A stretch of 64,000 nt of DNA from Eledone cirrhosa. Lineage: Eukaryota. The notes beneath the pieces were generated by a model. That model saw only the letters and a list, made by a program, of their open reading frames with translations. It ran no database searches and was not told where the DNA came from. Shown here piece after piece: positions 27,437 to 39,823 of the stretch. The DNA lies in the NCBI GenBank assembly GCA_964016885.1, contig OZ024743.1, positions 4,154,001-4,218,000 on the forward strand. Reading direction: 5' to 3'. The position numbers were made by a program, and so were the translations under genes. The first letter of the stretch is position 1. The number at the start of each line of letters is the position of its first letter.

Positions 27437-27780
27437 TAAGATAAGCAGAACAAGTAAAATTCAATCAATTTTTCAAAATACATTAAAAAATATAATATAA
27501 ATATTTACCTCTCCTAGTGGCCCTTACTGATCAGTTTCGCTTTGTAAAACCTCATAAATCCGATGGATTTATGATGGAAAACCAAAGCTCATCAGAGAAG
27601 CATTTTCCCTTCCTAGGGCTAAACGTCCCAGGAACGACAAAATATATAACCTCCTGCCAGCTAATAAAGGTCTGAAAGGTCGTAAAAGTGACCCGTATGT
27701 AAACTGGACCGAAGTAAAAGCGGGAAAATCAAAGACTTGCTATCTACAATTACTACTAAAAAAATAGCAGCTAAATAGAG
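27437..27780 (-). mobile_element. Penelope pLTR-like / retrozyme-like element whose 3' end abuts (TA)n
   Basis: Contains the HHR at 27521-27599; 5' limit approximate. Confidence 0.55.
27521..27599 (-). ncRNA. Type I hammerhead ribozyme with long stem II and palindromic stem III
   Basis: Minus strand: TTCT-CTGATGA-GCTTTG...TCATAAATCC atc GGATTTATGA...CAAAGC-GAAA-CTGATCAG-TA-AGGG. Canonical G10.1-C11.1, palindrome ACTGATCAGT, GUA triplet. Confidence 0.85.
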
Positions 27781-27879
27781 CAACAGGATTGTTCTCAACG
27801 GACGGAGAAAAAGATTGAAGTTAATATATATTCATAGAATATAACCTCAACGCAAGAAAGCAGTTAAAACACCAACATG

Positions 27880-28058
27880 CCATCAATGAAAGCGTCGGGT
27901 AAAATTTGCCTCAAATGACAAAAATCGGCGACTAGAAGTGTCTTGGGCCAAGATGGAAAGGATTGCTTCTGACAAGACCCGCTGGAAAGAGTATTTGAGG
28001 ACTTCCCCCTCGACAATGTGAAGAAGAAGAAGAAGAAGAAGAAGAAGAAGAAGAAGAA
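27880..28058 (+). mobile_element. LINE (RTE-like) 3' end with (GAA)n tail
   Basis: W-rich C-terminal remnant (RWKRIASDKTRWKEY) followed by (GAA)n. Confidence 0.6.
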
Positions 28059-28667
28059 TCGATTATTATATGTAAATATTCACACATGTTCATAGAATAC
28101 ACATTAACCGGATTTAACTTACTAGCGATAGCAACAACAGATTGATCAGTTTTGTCAAGAACACATGATCACATTACGGAAATGTCACCATGTTCCAAAT
28201 GTATTAATGTAACAGTTATGTAATTAGGTCACCTCTCAAATATATGTCTGATATGTGGAAAGCTCTGTTTTGCCTCATTTATTCTTACTAAAAGCAGCAT
28301 GGTCTACTGATGTTTCTCATTTTCGACGACAAACTGCTTGAAACATTGACGCTTTTATCTTTAGAATTAACATTATATAATATATACCATGCTGTGTATA
28401 ATTGATTTAAATGTGTATGTTCACAGTAATAAGATGTATTTGGTCCTCCTTCTCATCATGTAACTACAAATTATATATGAAACATGTTTCGAAAATATGC
28501 CTGATATACTATGATCTATGGATTTTTTTTTCTTTTTTCTTTCTTTTGTACATAGATATTTCGCCCATTTTCAATAAGATAGAATCTAAAAACAAAGCAA
28601 CAAAAAGATAAGATTTCTATTGGTTCATATTGCTAGGCTAGAGAAAGATTTTTACATTTTTCAATAA

Positions 28668-28860
28668 TTAATTGTTTCTACTTTTGGCACAAGGCCAGCA
28701 ATTAATCCAGTGTATTACTGGTACTTTATTTTATCGACCCCTTAACGATGAAAGGCAAAGTTAACCTCGGCGGAATTTGAACTCAGACCATAAAGGGCCG
28801 TAACTCTTTGCTGCAAAGCATGGCGTCCGACCCTCTACCGATACCCTCAATCCACCGGCA
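28668..28860 (-). mobile_element. SINE S1 copy
   Basis: Near full-length reverse complement of 8416-8604. Further copies at 33127-33225 and 41216-41390. Confidence 0.9.
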
Positions 28861-29039
28861 ATAATTAATATTTTGAATTAAGTTCAAAACATTATTTGGT
28901 TTCGTAAGACAGTCTTTGCAGATATCATGAAATTTAAATATGTTCAACATTTTTTCTCATGAAACAAGCATAGGTTCAAAACTGGAACTTCATTAATAGG
29001 AAAATGTTGTTCGATTATTTTAGTTATTGTCAGTGCTAT

Positions 29040-29240
29040 CAACCTCTAAAAACCCAAACGGGGAGTACCATGAAAGAAGGTGCCTCAAAACTTAGAAAAA
29101 ATGAGACGGAAATGGGAGATTTTACATAATAAAAGCTATAGCCATTTTCACAAGAGAAGACGTCTCTCCCCCACCCCAAAGTGGGTGTGAGATCTCCCCG
29201 TCAGACGAGAAGGATTAACAGGTCTGTATTGTCAACATCA
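29040..29240 (+). repeat. Unclassified dispersed repeat; homolog at 48689-48870
   Basis: Shared AACCTCTAAAAACCCAAACGGGGAG...TTTTACATAAT...TTTCACAAGAGA. Confidence 0.8.
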
Positions 29241-29499
29241 GAAATAGCCACATTAAGGATATTCCCTGTTATTATGAAACATTCTTTAGCTAAGGAAAAA
29301 ACTTCGAATGATTGAAAGGTATGCTTTTTCAAAGGTATTATAGTTTGACATTGCTGGTTAGAGCTGTAGTAAATAGGTTGACAGATAGAATGTTTGTGAA
29401 AGTAAGTCACACGAAAATGCAATTAATTGAAGCTGTCAACATACAGTTGCTGGGGCTTAGCTTCGTAATACTTTTTTCATCGCTTCGTTGAATCCTACT

Positions 29500-29709
29500 A
29501 AATATTGGAAATAATGATGTCTACTATAGGCACAAGGCCAGCAATGTCGAGGAAGGGGAAAGTCAATTAAATTGATCCCCACTGCATTACTGGTGCTTCA
29601 TTTTATAGACTCCGTAAGGAGGAAAGACAAAACTACTCTCGGTGGGATAACTTTGCATTTCATCATTACGACGTCGATAAAATAAAGCACCAGAAATATT
29701 GGAAATAAT
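29500..29709 (-). mobile_element. SINE S1 insertion with 5' fold-back inversion and 16-bp TSD
   Basis: TSD AAATATTGGAAATAAT on both sides; minus-strand SINE 3' part followed by a plus-strand duplicate of its central domain (~29650-29693). Confidence 0.7.
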
Positions 29710-30779
29710 AAAACTTATAACTTTATTTCTTAATTCAGAGGTAACGCCTCTTTATAACCGAATTCTCAATAAATGTTATTTAATTAATATGGTGAGATAA
29801 TTCTAAAACAAAACATGATACAAGTCACGCCATGTAGTGATATGCCTAGCTATATAGCTTTATTACATTCATCTTCACTTAATCATGTTCTTCCTATTAA
29901 TTTTATCAGTTAAATTTTCTTTCTCATGCATCCATTTATTTGTTTTATCTCAGATATGCAATTGACTTATCTCATGGTTTCATTGGAGCCTACAATGGCT
30001 GCAATGGCTACAAGGATTCATATTACTGGGACCAATCTCGAATTTCTCGAAATGCCATGCTGTCGAATGATAAATTTATCCTCCCGATGTCATGCGAAGT
30101 AATATATTGATTTATTTTGACAGGTTACATGCTGATACCATATAGTTGATAAAATAATTATGATTTGCACGTGGTTTAACAAGCATGGAGAAGTCTGAAA
30201 TATGTTTAAATATTTATTTTGGTCAATCCAACGGTCTGAGTTCAAATTCTGATTTAAACGATTACGGCACTTCTCTAAAATTCATAGTGTAGTATCGATG
30301 TAAGGACACTTTAGGTTTTAAGCAGTTATGGCAGGGGATAGTATACAATACAATATATGCATCGCAGTGTCTAATTACGTCGTTTCAGAACCTGAACTAA
30401 CAGTCAAGTCTTACAACCTGAGCAAACTTTAAATAAACAGACTACGCCATTTACCAGAAATATGCTGCCTTGTACCAAATATATGACTATGTGGAGGAAC
30501 TGACAGAAACAGAAGTAAGTTTCTGCCTAATAGAGATTACTTTTTCTTTGAATCCTACATTTAAACCTATTTTATTTGTCTTCAAAGCACGAGTGCCACT
30601 ACACACCCTTTATCCAAAATAAACCAATATTTACCCCCAAATGTTGTTAAATGTAAATAGTAGATTTGCAAGAAAATATAAACACGAGGTAGGAATGTGA
30701 GTGCTCGTATGACAGCGAATGAGGTAGGGGTAACAGACGCTAAGTGTACCTAAGTACGCTCGAGCACATGTGTGCAAGG

Positions 30780-31400
30780 GTAAATATCGATTCAAGAAAA
30801 TATGGAGAAGTCTTGAGTCCCTTTGGGAAACTAGACCCAAAGCAGAAAATCAAGTTCTGCTCAGTCCTGGTGCGTGAGTTCGGCGATCCGTGGTGTAATT
30901 AGACACCCATAACTGAGACATGCAGAGAGGAGTGGCTTGAAGAACAAAAGTGACGGGCGATGGGTGTATCCCTACATAGTCGTATGCCAATCGATCCGCT
31001 AGACGGCGGCTTGTTTGTCCGATGTTTAAAGATACAAAAACGGAAGACCGGAGGGAATTGCTGGAGGTGCAGGTAAACGAGTGGTAGATACGGGAATAAA
31101 TGTTAGTACATGAGAGGGTGGTGAGGTAGGAAACGAAAGAATAGGTGTTATAGAGAACGGACAAGAAAAGTGACGAAATCCAGGTGGAAGCCTGGGGGAG
31201 GAAGGGAAGGAATTAGGCGAAGATTACGGATGCGCATAATGGCTGTGATGGGGGTGGGGAGAAGTGAGAAGTGACGGAGTAAGAAGAGAGGTTGTAGAAG
31301 ATAAGGAGGATATGGCGCCAGAATTAGGGTAGTATGTGGTATATGAGGGGAAAAGGAATGTAGGTGTAGGGGGTAGTCTTGGGGTGAGAGGGGTGTGTTA
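30780..31400 (-). mobile_element. Penelope-like element fragment, GIY-YIG endonuclease
   Basis: HSFTCTSSN...NIGQTSRRLADR...EQNLIFCFGSSFPKGL matches the C-terminal GIY-YIG domain pattern of PLEs; frameshifted. Confidence 0.8.
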
Positions 31401-31653
31401 TGATCGGTTTCCCAGGGCTACACAAAAACCTCTCTAGTACTACTCTCCTCAGAAGGAAAACCTGTTGAGCGTCAGATGTTTTTTTCAAAAAGTATATAAA
31501 CTATAGCTCGTGTTGCCTTAATGACTAATAAGTAAACGTCATTGATAATGTATACAATTCCCGAAACGGTAGAGTGTCCCACAGCAACTCAGGTGGTCTT
31601 GACAGGATCATAACATAAAACACCATAGCGATTTATGTTTGTTATATATATAT

Positions 31654-31701
<48 letters not shown>

Positions 31702-31726
31702 AAGCAAACCCATACACACATGACCA

Positions 31727-31780
<54 letters not shown>

Positions 31781-31785
<5 letters not shown>

Positions 31786-31983
31786 AGTAAGTAAGACCCC
31801 GACGGCTGAGCTCAAGCCGTTTCGACGGCTAATTCTGTACAGAATTAGTACAGAATTAGCCGTCGAAACGGCTTGAGCTCAGCCGTCGGGGTCTTACTTA
31901 CTCCTATTACCCACTCTACTACCCTAAGTATTGAGTACTTTGGTGCGTTATGGTCCACCTGGTTCCTTACCACTTTTCCCTCG

Positions 31984-31984
<1 letters not shown>
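31781..31984 (+). mobile_element. HHR-family A pLTR-like 3' end with 60-bp perfect fold-back, flanked by (TA)n
   Basis: Arms 31781-31840 and 31848-31907; HHR 3' half GAAACGGCT-tgagctc-AGCCGTC-GGGG. Confidence 0.85.
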
Positions 31985-32017
<33 letters not shown>

Positions 32018-32452
32018 GCGCGCACACACACACATATATATGCACATACATATGGACATATACACACATTCATACATTAATATATATAGTGACACGAATT
32101 GACATGTGTCATCCCTAATTGTTTTGAATCTCCTTAAATTCATTTACGTTATATGCAGATTTAGACTTGAACAATATTTATAGAATTATTTTGGCTTAAC
32201 ATTTTACCATCCGTTTCATCTAGAATATACTCCACTGACACGAAGTCGGTAAGAGTTATTTCCCTTGCTGATAATGAAAAATAATTGTTTCTACTTTTTG
32301 CTTGGCTATATATATTCTTAATGGAAGACACGTTACACACATTTGCGAATATACACACATGCATACGCGCATAGGCACACGTATACATACACTCACGCAC
32401 ACGCGCGCGCGCACACAGACATACACACACACATATATATATGCCTATATAT

Positions 32453-32863
32453 GGTGGCTGCCAACTCGTTTTCGAGTACGGCCACTACTTTATATCCATG
32501 CAGGAGAACCCCTACCGATGCGCTGAACGAGTGTGACTTTTTAGTCCAGCCAGCGACTTGAAAACTCTGGCACAAACACTACACTTGTGACAATTACTGA
32601 CACATAGTGCTGGGCCCATGGTACCATGTGACGACAAGTGCAGAGAGATCTCCAGATATAAAGCAATGCCTGTGCCGTGAAGCTTTTATAATGAGCAAAG
32701 GCACTGCTCAAAGCCAGTCCCACTCTCTTAACCAAGATGATATTTACCAATAAGAAGAACAAGTCAACATCATTGGATACCATCAGGGTTGCAGGTGTTA
32801 TATCAGAGTTTTCCTTTTCCTAGAATTCTGCCTTGACAAAGGCTAAGGGGCCATCTCTCCCGG
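32453..32863 (-). mobile_element. Bipartite RTE-derived element, 5'-truncated copy with 12-bp TSD
   Basis: Highly similar to 22378-22787; TSD ATGCCTATATAT at 32441-32452 and 32864-32875. Confidence 0.9.
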
Positions 32864-33269
32864 ATGCCTATATATACACACATATATATACACACATTCA
32901 TAATTTTAATACACAGTGCCATCTCTAGTTAGTTCTGAAAACAGAATTAACTCTTCTGCACCCGATTAAAATAGATCCAGTACAATGACTTCTTCTGTCT
33001 CGGTCATATCAACTCCTGAAGATTTATTACGCAGCTATCACTAGATCTGAAAAGTACTGAAAATGGCTGTTTTTCTGATCGAAATACATCTAGAATAGCC
33101 AATGCGCTTGCCAAAAATCAGATTAAAATAATTGTTTCTAATTTTGGCACAAGGCCAGCAATTATCCCAGTGTATTTCTGGTACTTTATTTTATCGACAC
33201 CGTAAGGATGAAAGGCAAAGTTAAAATAATATCTGTCCCTAAGCTAATTTCTATCATATCTCTCTATAT

Positions 33270-34730
33270 CTTCTTCTTCTTCCTGGGGTGGTCGTGGGGA
33301 CAGAGTCCTAAAACTCTCATAGCCGAACCAACCGTGTCCACCTAATCTGGTTGGATCTCAGCCAATCTCATGGATGTAATCCAAGCATCTTTATCGGAGT
33401 GTCCTGCCGGTTGGTTTTGCCCGTAAAATCTGTCCAGCGATTCTATCCTGAGACATTATAAACACATGCCCATAGTATCAGAGCTGTGTTCTCTCAATTT
33501 GGATAAGAAGCGACACTTTGATTTCCGAGCTACGAACTCTATTGAGTAACGTTACCTCACAGACTCTTCGGAGGAACCCCATCTCGGCCGCTTGTATTCA
33601 TGATCGTATTCTTTCGGTCATTACCCAAGGTTAATGCCAAAGGTAAGGGTTGGCACGAATACCTAATTGAAGATAGAAAGTTTGGCTTTTTACACCTACC
33701 TCTCTTCTTCTGATTACGGAATGTTGATGCTGGTGCATTACTGCACCAGCCCCTGCAATTCTCGCGTTTAATACAGTCTCAGCTTTCCACCATTTGTGAG
33801 CACGTTCCTGAGATACTTGAATATCTCCACCTGCTTCAGTGGAGCTCCCTTCACATTTAGAGAATACTACACAGGCTTCGTTGAGAGGACGAGTGTCATT
33901 TCAGCCATGTAGCACTTGGCATCAAATCTTTCTAGCGCAAGTGGGAGATCAACTTCTGTCGAGGTAAGTAATACCATGTCGTCTGCAAATTCCAGCAAAC
34001 TGATTTTACACCCGTCTGTCGTGATTCCACTTACAACCGGTTGCGTATGTCAATCTTGTTCAAGAAAATAATGAACAGGAGAGGTGTCAGTATGCACCCT
34101 TGGCAGAGTCCGACTCCCACATTTAATGGTTTCGATGTAGCACTATTTATCCGAACACAAATACTCGGGCACTCATATAGAGACATCAGGGCAGCAAGAA
34201 GCTGACTACCGATAACCATACTCCTGCAGAACCTTCCACAGCAGGACCCGAGGTACGCGGTCATATGCCTTTTCGACGTCTATAAAACAAGAATATACCA
34301 CTTGGCAATACTCCCACGATTTCTCGAAGACCTGCCGCAGTGTGAATATTTGGTCTGCTGTGCTGCGTTCGAAACAAAAACCTCACTTTTCATCAGCTAG
34401 CTTTGAATCGACAATCTTCCTGCATCTCTTTGCCAAACATTTAGCATAGACATTACTATGGAGGCTTAACAAGGAGATCCCTCTATAATTGGAACAATCT
34501 TTCTTGTTTCCCTTTTTGTAAATTAGGATTGCCATTGCTTAAGTGACTATTTAGAGATCCAGGCCACCCATCACACACGAGTCAGCCCGAGAATACCATC
34601 ATATTTAAAGCTTTTAACATCTTGGGTCAGATTTCTTCTTCCCCAGCGTCCTTGCCACATTTGAGCTCTTTAACTCCTCTTGTAATCTCAGCCTCTTAGA
34701 GTTTAGACTCTGCTCCGAGATGCACCATTA
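33270..34730 (-). mobile_element. RTE-clade LINE (Expander/Rex3-like) RT pseudogene
   Basis: CFIDVEKAYDRVPR, GVGLCQGCILTPLLFIIF, FADDMVLL, IQAAEMGFLRRV; (GAA)n tail. Confidence 0.9.
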
Positions 34731-35715
34731 GGTCACACCATGCCTAATTGGGTTTGTGTAAAATTGTGTCTAGATTTTTCCTCATGTCATTCATCCTCCA
34801 ACCGGGTTCTCGAACAGTCTTTATATTCCTCTAACAAGAACCTTGCATGAATAACAACAAACCATTCACCCCGGTAATACTTCGGCCGAAGTATTTTCCT
34901 ATGAAGCACCTCACGGATATTAACGGGCTCCCTTTATAACATATTTAGCTTTATCAGTACATGCTTGATAAAATTTAGTAATTATAAGTTAGCTTTAATT
35001 TTCAAACCATCACCACATTGTAGTTAATGGTTTCTCTCATAGGCATAAGGAAAATATTTTAGAGGGGATATAGTCAAAACACTTGTTTTATATTCGTTTT
35101 ATAGATCTGGAATGGTAAAAAGAAAAGGTGTCACCCGGCACGATTTGATCTCGGAATTTAAACGTACGGCACTAAATACAATAAGACCATTTGGCGATCA
35201 ATCTACTATGCCTTCTAATCCCATCAAAATAATAACAAAAATTAATGTCAATTAAGTTAAAAATAAACTCATTATCTTGTTGGCAAAGGAAGGATAACTA
35301 TGGTAATAACGCTGTGCAACAAAGTATGTGTATGAGACTATATGTGTGTGAATCTTTCTTTGTGTCTGAGGCTTTATCGGTTTTCTATATTTCGGTATAA
35401 TTTTATGAATGCTTTTGTTTCAATGAAACAAAACATACTTTACTACTGAGAAAATAGCAAACCCATCTATAAAATACAATCACTCATACAACATAAGAAT
35501 AGATATACACAACACAAATAGAGTGAAAACTAATCATAGATAGGAAAAATAAACATTCAATAAAAAATAGTTTCATGAAGTTTTAGAACTTATTTACAAC
35601 GTTGAGATCATATCTACCACTCAACATCCGGTTAATCATCGCAGCTTGCTCTAGCTTCCTTCTATCTCAATGTATTTCAGTGTACATACTCATACGCACA
35701 CAGACATACATATAG

Positions 35716-35785
<70 letters not shown>

Positions 35786-35799
35786 GGAGAGAGAGGGAG

Positions 35800-35940
35800 A
35801 AATATGTGTATCCTGGGTTCAATCGGAGGTAACCGCAGTAAGTAAGGTACTCAATACATAGCAGAGTATACATATTTAATATAGAAATGGCTTTTACAGG
35901 ACTAGAACTGTTTCATTCGAAGGAAATCATCGTGAAATCC
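35800..35940 (-). mobile_element. Diverged pLTR-like 3' end with degenerate HHR; related copy at 63925-63980
   Basis: Minus strand CGATGA-tttccttcgaat-GAAAC...GTC followed by ACTCTGC..GTATTGAGTAC. Confidence 0.45.
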
Positions 35941-36194
35941 GACAGTCAATATAATCAGTTTTAGAACGATGCCGTTAGGCAAATGCTCGACTTTCGTTGG
36001 CCTTATTCCGGGTAGATTATTAACCATATAAGAGAGTTCTAATGGTAGGGGAAGGGAGCAAATGTAAGGCAGTTCCGGGGATATAGTCAACTATTTTAGA
36101 CGTAAGGGAGAAAACTCTAAAATGAAAAGAAAAACGGAGCTAACTTATGTGCAGAGATGAGGCACGTAAGAGAATTGAATCGATATTTTGTTGG

Positions 36195-36339
36195 GGTTAG
36201 CACCTGATAACAGCTAGATCCATTGAAACGGCAGGAGCTCAGCCGTCGGGGTCCCGAATTTTTCATATTACCCACTCTACTACCCCAAGTATCAAGTACT
36301 CTGGTGAGTAATGGTCTAACTGGTTTTTACCGCTTCCAG

Positions 36340-36342
<3 letters not shown>
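36195..36342 (+). mobile_element. HHR-family A pLTR-like 3' end, ending in (TA)n
   Basis: CTGATAA (36204), GAAACGGC...GCCGTC (36225-36247), then the conserved downstream motif. Confidence 0.75.
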
Positions 36343-36379
<37 letters not shown>

Positions 36380-36437
36380 CGGCGATGAATTAGTTTTGCG
36401 AGGTTTTTTATATGAAATCGTGTGTCGAAACAGATAT

Positions 36438-36884
36438 TGTTATATTTGGGGAGGGTCATATTTTCGTAATATTGCCAGAATTAATAACAGAACACACTCA
36501 CTGTTTGGTTGGTTTTCGCTTCTCGCTGTCTTTTACATCTGCGATCTAACTTACTCGGTCCTCAATGTTGCCATTGACTGAACAAAAAAATGGCGTAGAC
36601 ATACAACACAACAGGAGGAACAATGAATATAACACCACTGACGATGTTGCAGATGTGCAACGAAAGATTTATGTAAATTATGTAAACTATATATATGTGT
36701 TTGTGTCTATATTGTATCTGTATTATTTTTTGACCGCCGGTCAGTCAATGGCAACATTGAGGACCGAGTAAGTTAGATCGCAGATATAAAAGACAGCGAG
36801 AAGCGAAAACCAACCAAACAGTGAGTGTGTTCTGTTATTAATTCTGGCAATATTACGCAAATATGACCCTCCCCAAATATAACA
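36438..36884. mobile_element. MITE with 144-bp TIRs, TGT...ACA termini and ATAT flanks (Ginger-like)
   Basis: TIRs 36438-36581 and 36741-36884 are nearly perfect; ATAT on both sides. Confidence 0.85.
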
Positions 36885-37460
36885 ATATATATATATATAT
36901 ATATATATATTTATTTACACACACACACACACACACAAATATATATAAACTGAATCGAAATAAAAACATCTCGATTTCGGTGTTATATTAGTCAAATTCA
37001 ACTGGTCTCTTCCTGGAGAAATTATATTTTGTTGTACTTGTTAAAATGCATCAGCTACTAAGACCAAACTGGGTCTTTAAGACCACTAATTCTACCTTGT
37101 TTACTTTAATCATGGTAATTGGTAGAAAATGTGTGGAAGTATAATTTAAACATAAGAAGTAGTGTAAGTAATCTTTTTATATTTTGATTACTTTTGTACC
37201 TTGTCATATCTATTGCAATATGATTTCTATAATATTCTTGCATAATTGAAACCTTGAATGGGTTTCCCCCCATCTTACTTCCATTGAACTCTGTACAGAA
37301 CAGCAACATTCTGATGATTTTATATCGATATATCTTTGTTTGTTTTTATATACTGCATATTTCGGTTGAACTGCTCTATTAGAATGAATTAATGACCTAT
37401 TTCCCTCTCTCTCTCTCTCTCTCTCCCTCTCTCTCACTTTCTCGGTCTCTCTCTCAGACT

Positions 37461-37516
<56 letters not shown>

Positions 37517-38215
37517 CGTGTGCGTTTGTTTGTTTATGTAAACATAGTTCTATACACATATGTGTACGTAGATTAGTACTTTTAGTGTGTGGATGTGTGT
37601 AGTTGAGGTGTTGAAGCGTTGAGGTTATGTGGTATGGGTGTATCATCCAACCCTGCACATATGATCTGTATGTACCCACACACGCACGTGCACCTCTCAT
37701 GTTAGCCTTGGTAGATTAGTGTGATGGTTTGTATTCTCAGCCCGGTGGTGTTGGTATGTATTTATGTGTGTGTGTATACAAACTAAATTAAAGGAAGGGG
37801 GAGGGGGACTAAAGTGGAAATGAGGTGTTTTGTATGCTTACTGGGGAGGAGGTGGGGGTTGACAGCATTATATGCATATCCGTTCTGCGCAGGTGTGGTG
37901 CGTACCTATCTGTTCGTCTGAGTAGTGCTGTAGCTATCTATGTGTTTTGTTAGGGTTGCGTGCGCAAACACAGAGACGGTAAATAAGCACACCCTCACAC
38001 ACGAAACCAGCCACTCAGACGCACACAAGCACACCTGTATAGCCAAGACACATATACGCTAACTCAAAATCCAGCATCTGTACGCACATGGACAGACATC
38101 GCGACAGATCCTTCTCGACTATCGCCCCCCCCCCCCCCCCCCCCAATATTACACTCTGTAACCTTCCCCCTCCTCGGACAATTCCATTCTTTTCTCGACT
38201 TACTCTACCGACCTC

Positions 38216-38398
38216 CGCCCCTGATGAACCAGCGTATCGACATAGATGAACACGAAAATTTAGTTCAGTTATCCATTTGCCATTGAAAGGGCATGAGCTC
38301 AGCCGTCGGCCACTAACTTTTAACCATGCATACACTCTACTTTCCCAAGTATCGAGTACTTAGTTGAATACGGTCTAACTAGTCTAACAGGTAACTCC

Positions 38399-38402
<4 letters not shown>
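38216..38402 (+). mobile_element. HHR-family A pLTR-like 3' end, ending in (CT)n(TA)n
   Basis: CTGATGA (38221), GAAA (38285), GAGCTCAGCCGTC (to 38307), ACTCTACT..AGTATCGAGTACT. Confidence 0.7.
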
Positions 38403-38490
<88 letters not shown>

Positions 38491-38494
<4 letters not shown>

Positions 38495-39008
38495 ATACTT
38501 TGGGAGGGTCATGTTGCCAATAAGAAACACACGCGCTAGTTGCTTTCACTCCAATTTATTATAAATTAAATTTATAAATTTAAGAATTTATAAATTTCCG
38601 GTTGGTTGGTTGGTTCCATAACCGGACGATTGTTCATATATTGTCAAAGTTCTTTCCTCACACATTCTATGACCTCTTCAGTGACTGGGATTCTTTTTTT
38701 TGTTTTTCTGCCTCTCCTTTGTAACACATGCGCAAACTAAGCACGCAACACACACAAAAACAAGATGACGTAGGACAGAACAAAGGAGAGGCACAAAAAC
38801 AAAGAAAAGAATCCGCAGTCACTGAAGAGGTCACATAATGTGCGACGAAAGAACTTTGACAATATATGAACAACCGTCTGGTTATGGAACCAACCAACCG
38901 GAAATTTATAAATTCTTAAATTTATGAATTTAATTTATAATAAATTAAAGTGAAAGCAGCTGGTGCGTGTGTTTCTTATTGGCAACATGACCCTCCCAAA
39001 GCATAACA
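38491..39008. mobile_element. MITE with ~230-bp imperfect TIRs, TGT...ACA termini and ATAT flanks (Ginger-like)
   Basis: Terminal TGTTATA.TT.GGGAGGGTCAT shared with 36438-36884; internal sequence differs. Confidence 0.85.
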
Positions 39009-39429
39009 ATATCGGTTTCAACACACGTTTTCAGATAAAGAATCTTGCTAAACAAATTCAGAAACGAAATATATATATATTAGAAAGTGAGGTTGTTTTT
39101 GGCGTATATATGTGTTGGTATGTATATTTAATCTTGATAGTTTGTATAATTTTGTATAATTTTGTACATAGATCTGTTGAATATGCATGCCAATTCTAAC
39201 ACATATATATCCTAGAAACGATCGTTAAATAATGAACTTTTTTTGTTTAATATAAGGAACTGTTTCATTGTTTATTCATTATTTGTTTAATATTTTATCT
39301 TGACTCTGTATACCGTTTATCTTTCACCGAAAGTGATTTTTCATTACATCTCTTCTTTCCATGATATCCGGAATACATTGAGTTCTTCATACGGATTGGA
39401 CACTACCGTAAACTCTTGGTAGATTTATC

Positions 39430-39489
<60 letters not shown>

Positions 39490-39529
39490 GATGTGAGAAA
39501 AACCACAGACCCTCTATATATATATATAT

Positions 39530-39771
39530 GAAGCCACCTGGCCTAAGTGGTAAGGACTTACGATCATAATGCCGTGGGTTAGATTCCTGGGTTGCGTCTT
39601 GTGTTCTTGAGTTCATTTCACGTTGCTCCAGTATACTCAGCTGAAAATGAGTACCAGCAATAGCTGGAGGTTTAACCCTGCGATGGACTGGCGTCCTGTC
39701 CAGTGGGGAGCCTTGTACTCTCAGTCGCTTCACGCCATGAAATCGGGATAAGCAAATGAGCCTTCTGGCTT

Positions 39772-39772
<1 letters not shown>
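39530..39772 (+). mobile_element. SINE S2 copy
   Basis: A box TGGCCTAAGTGG, degenerate B box, V-domain-like core. Confidence 0.85.

Positions 39773-39823
<51 letters not shown>

Noticed and set aside
31535-31580. TTGATAA...CCGAAACGGTAGAGTG as an HHR (similar weak cases at ~33055 and ~51505)
   Set aside because: Core mutated and stem I unconvincing; possibly decayed pLTR ends but not supportable.
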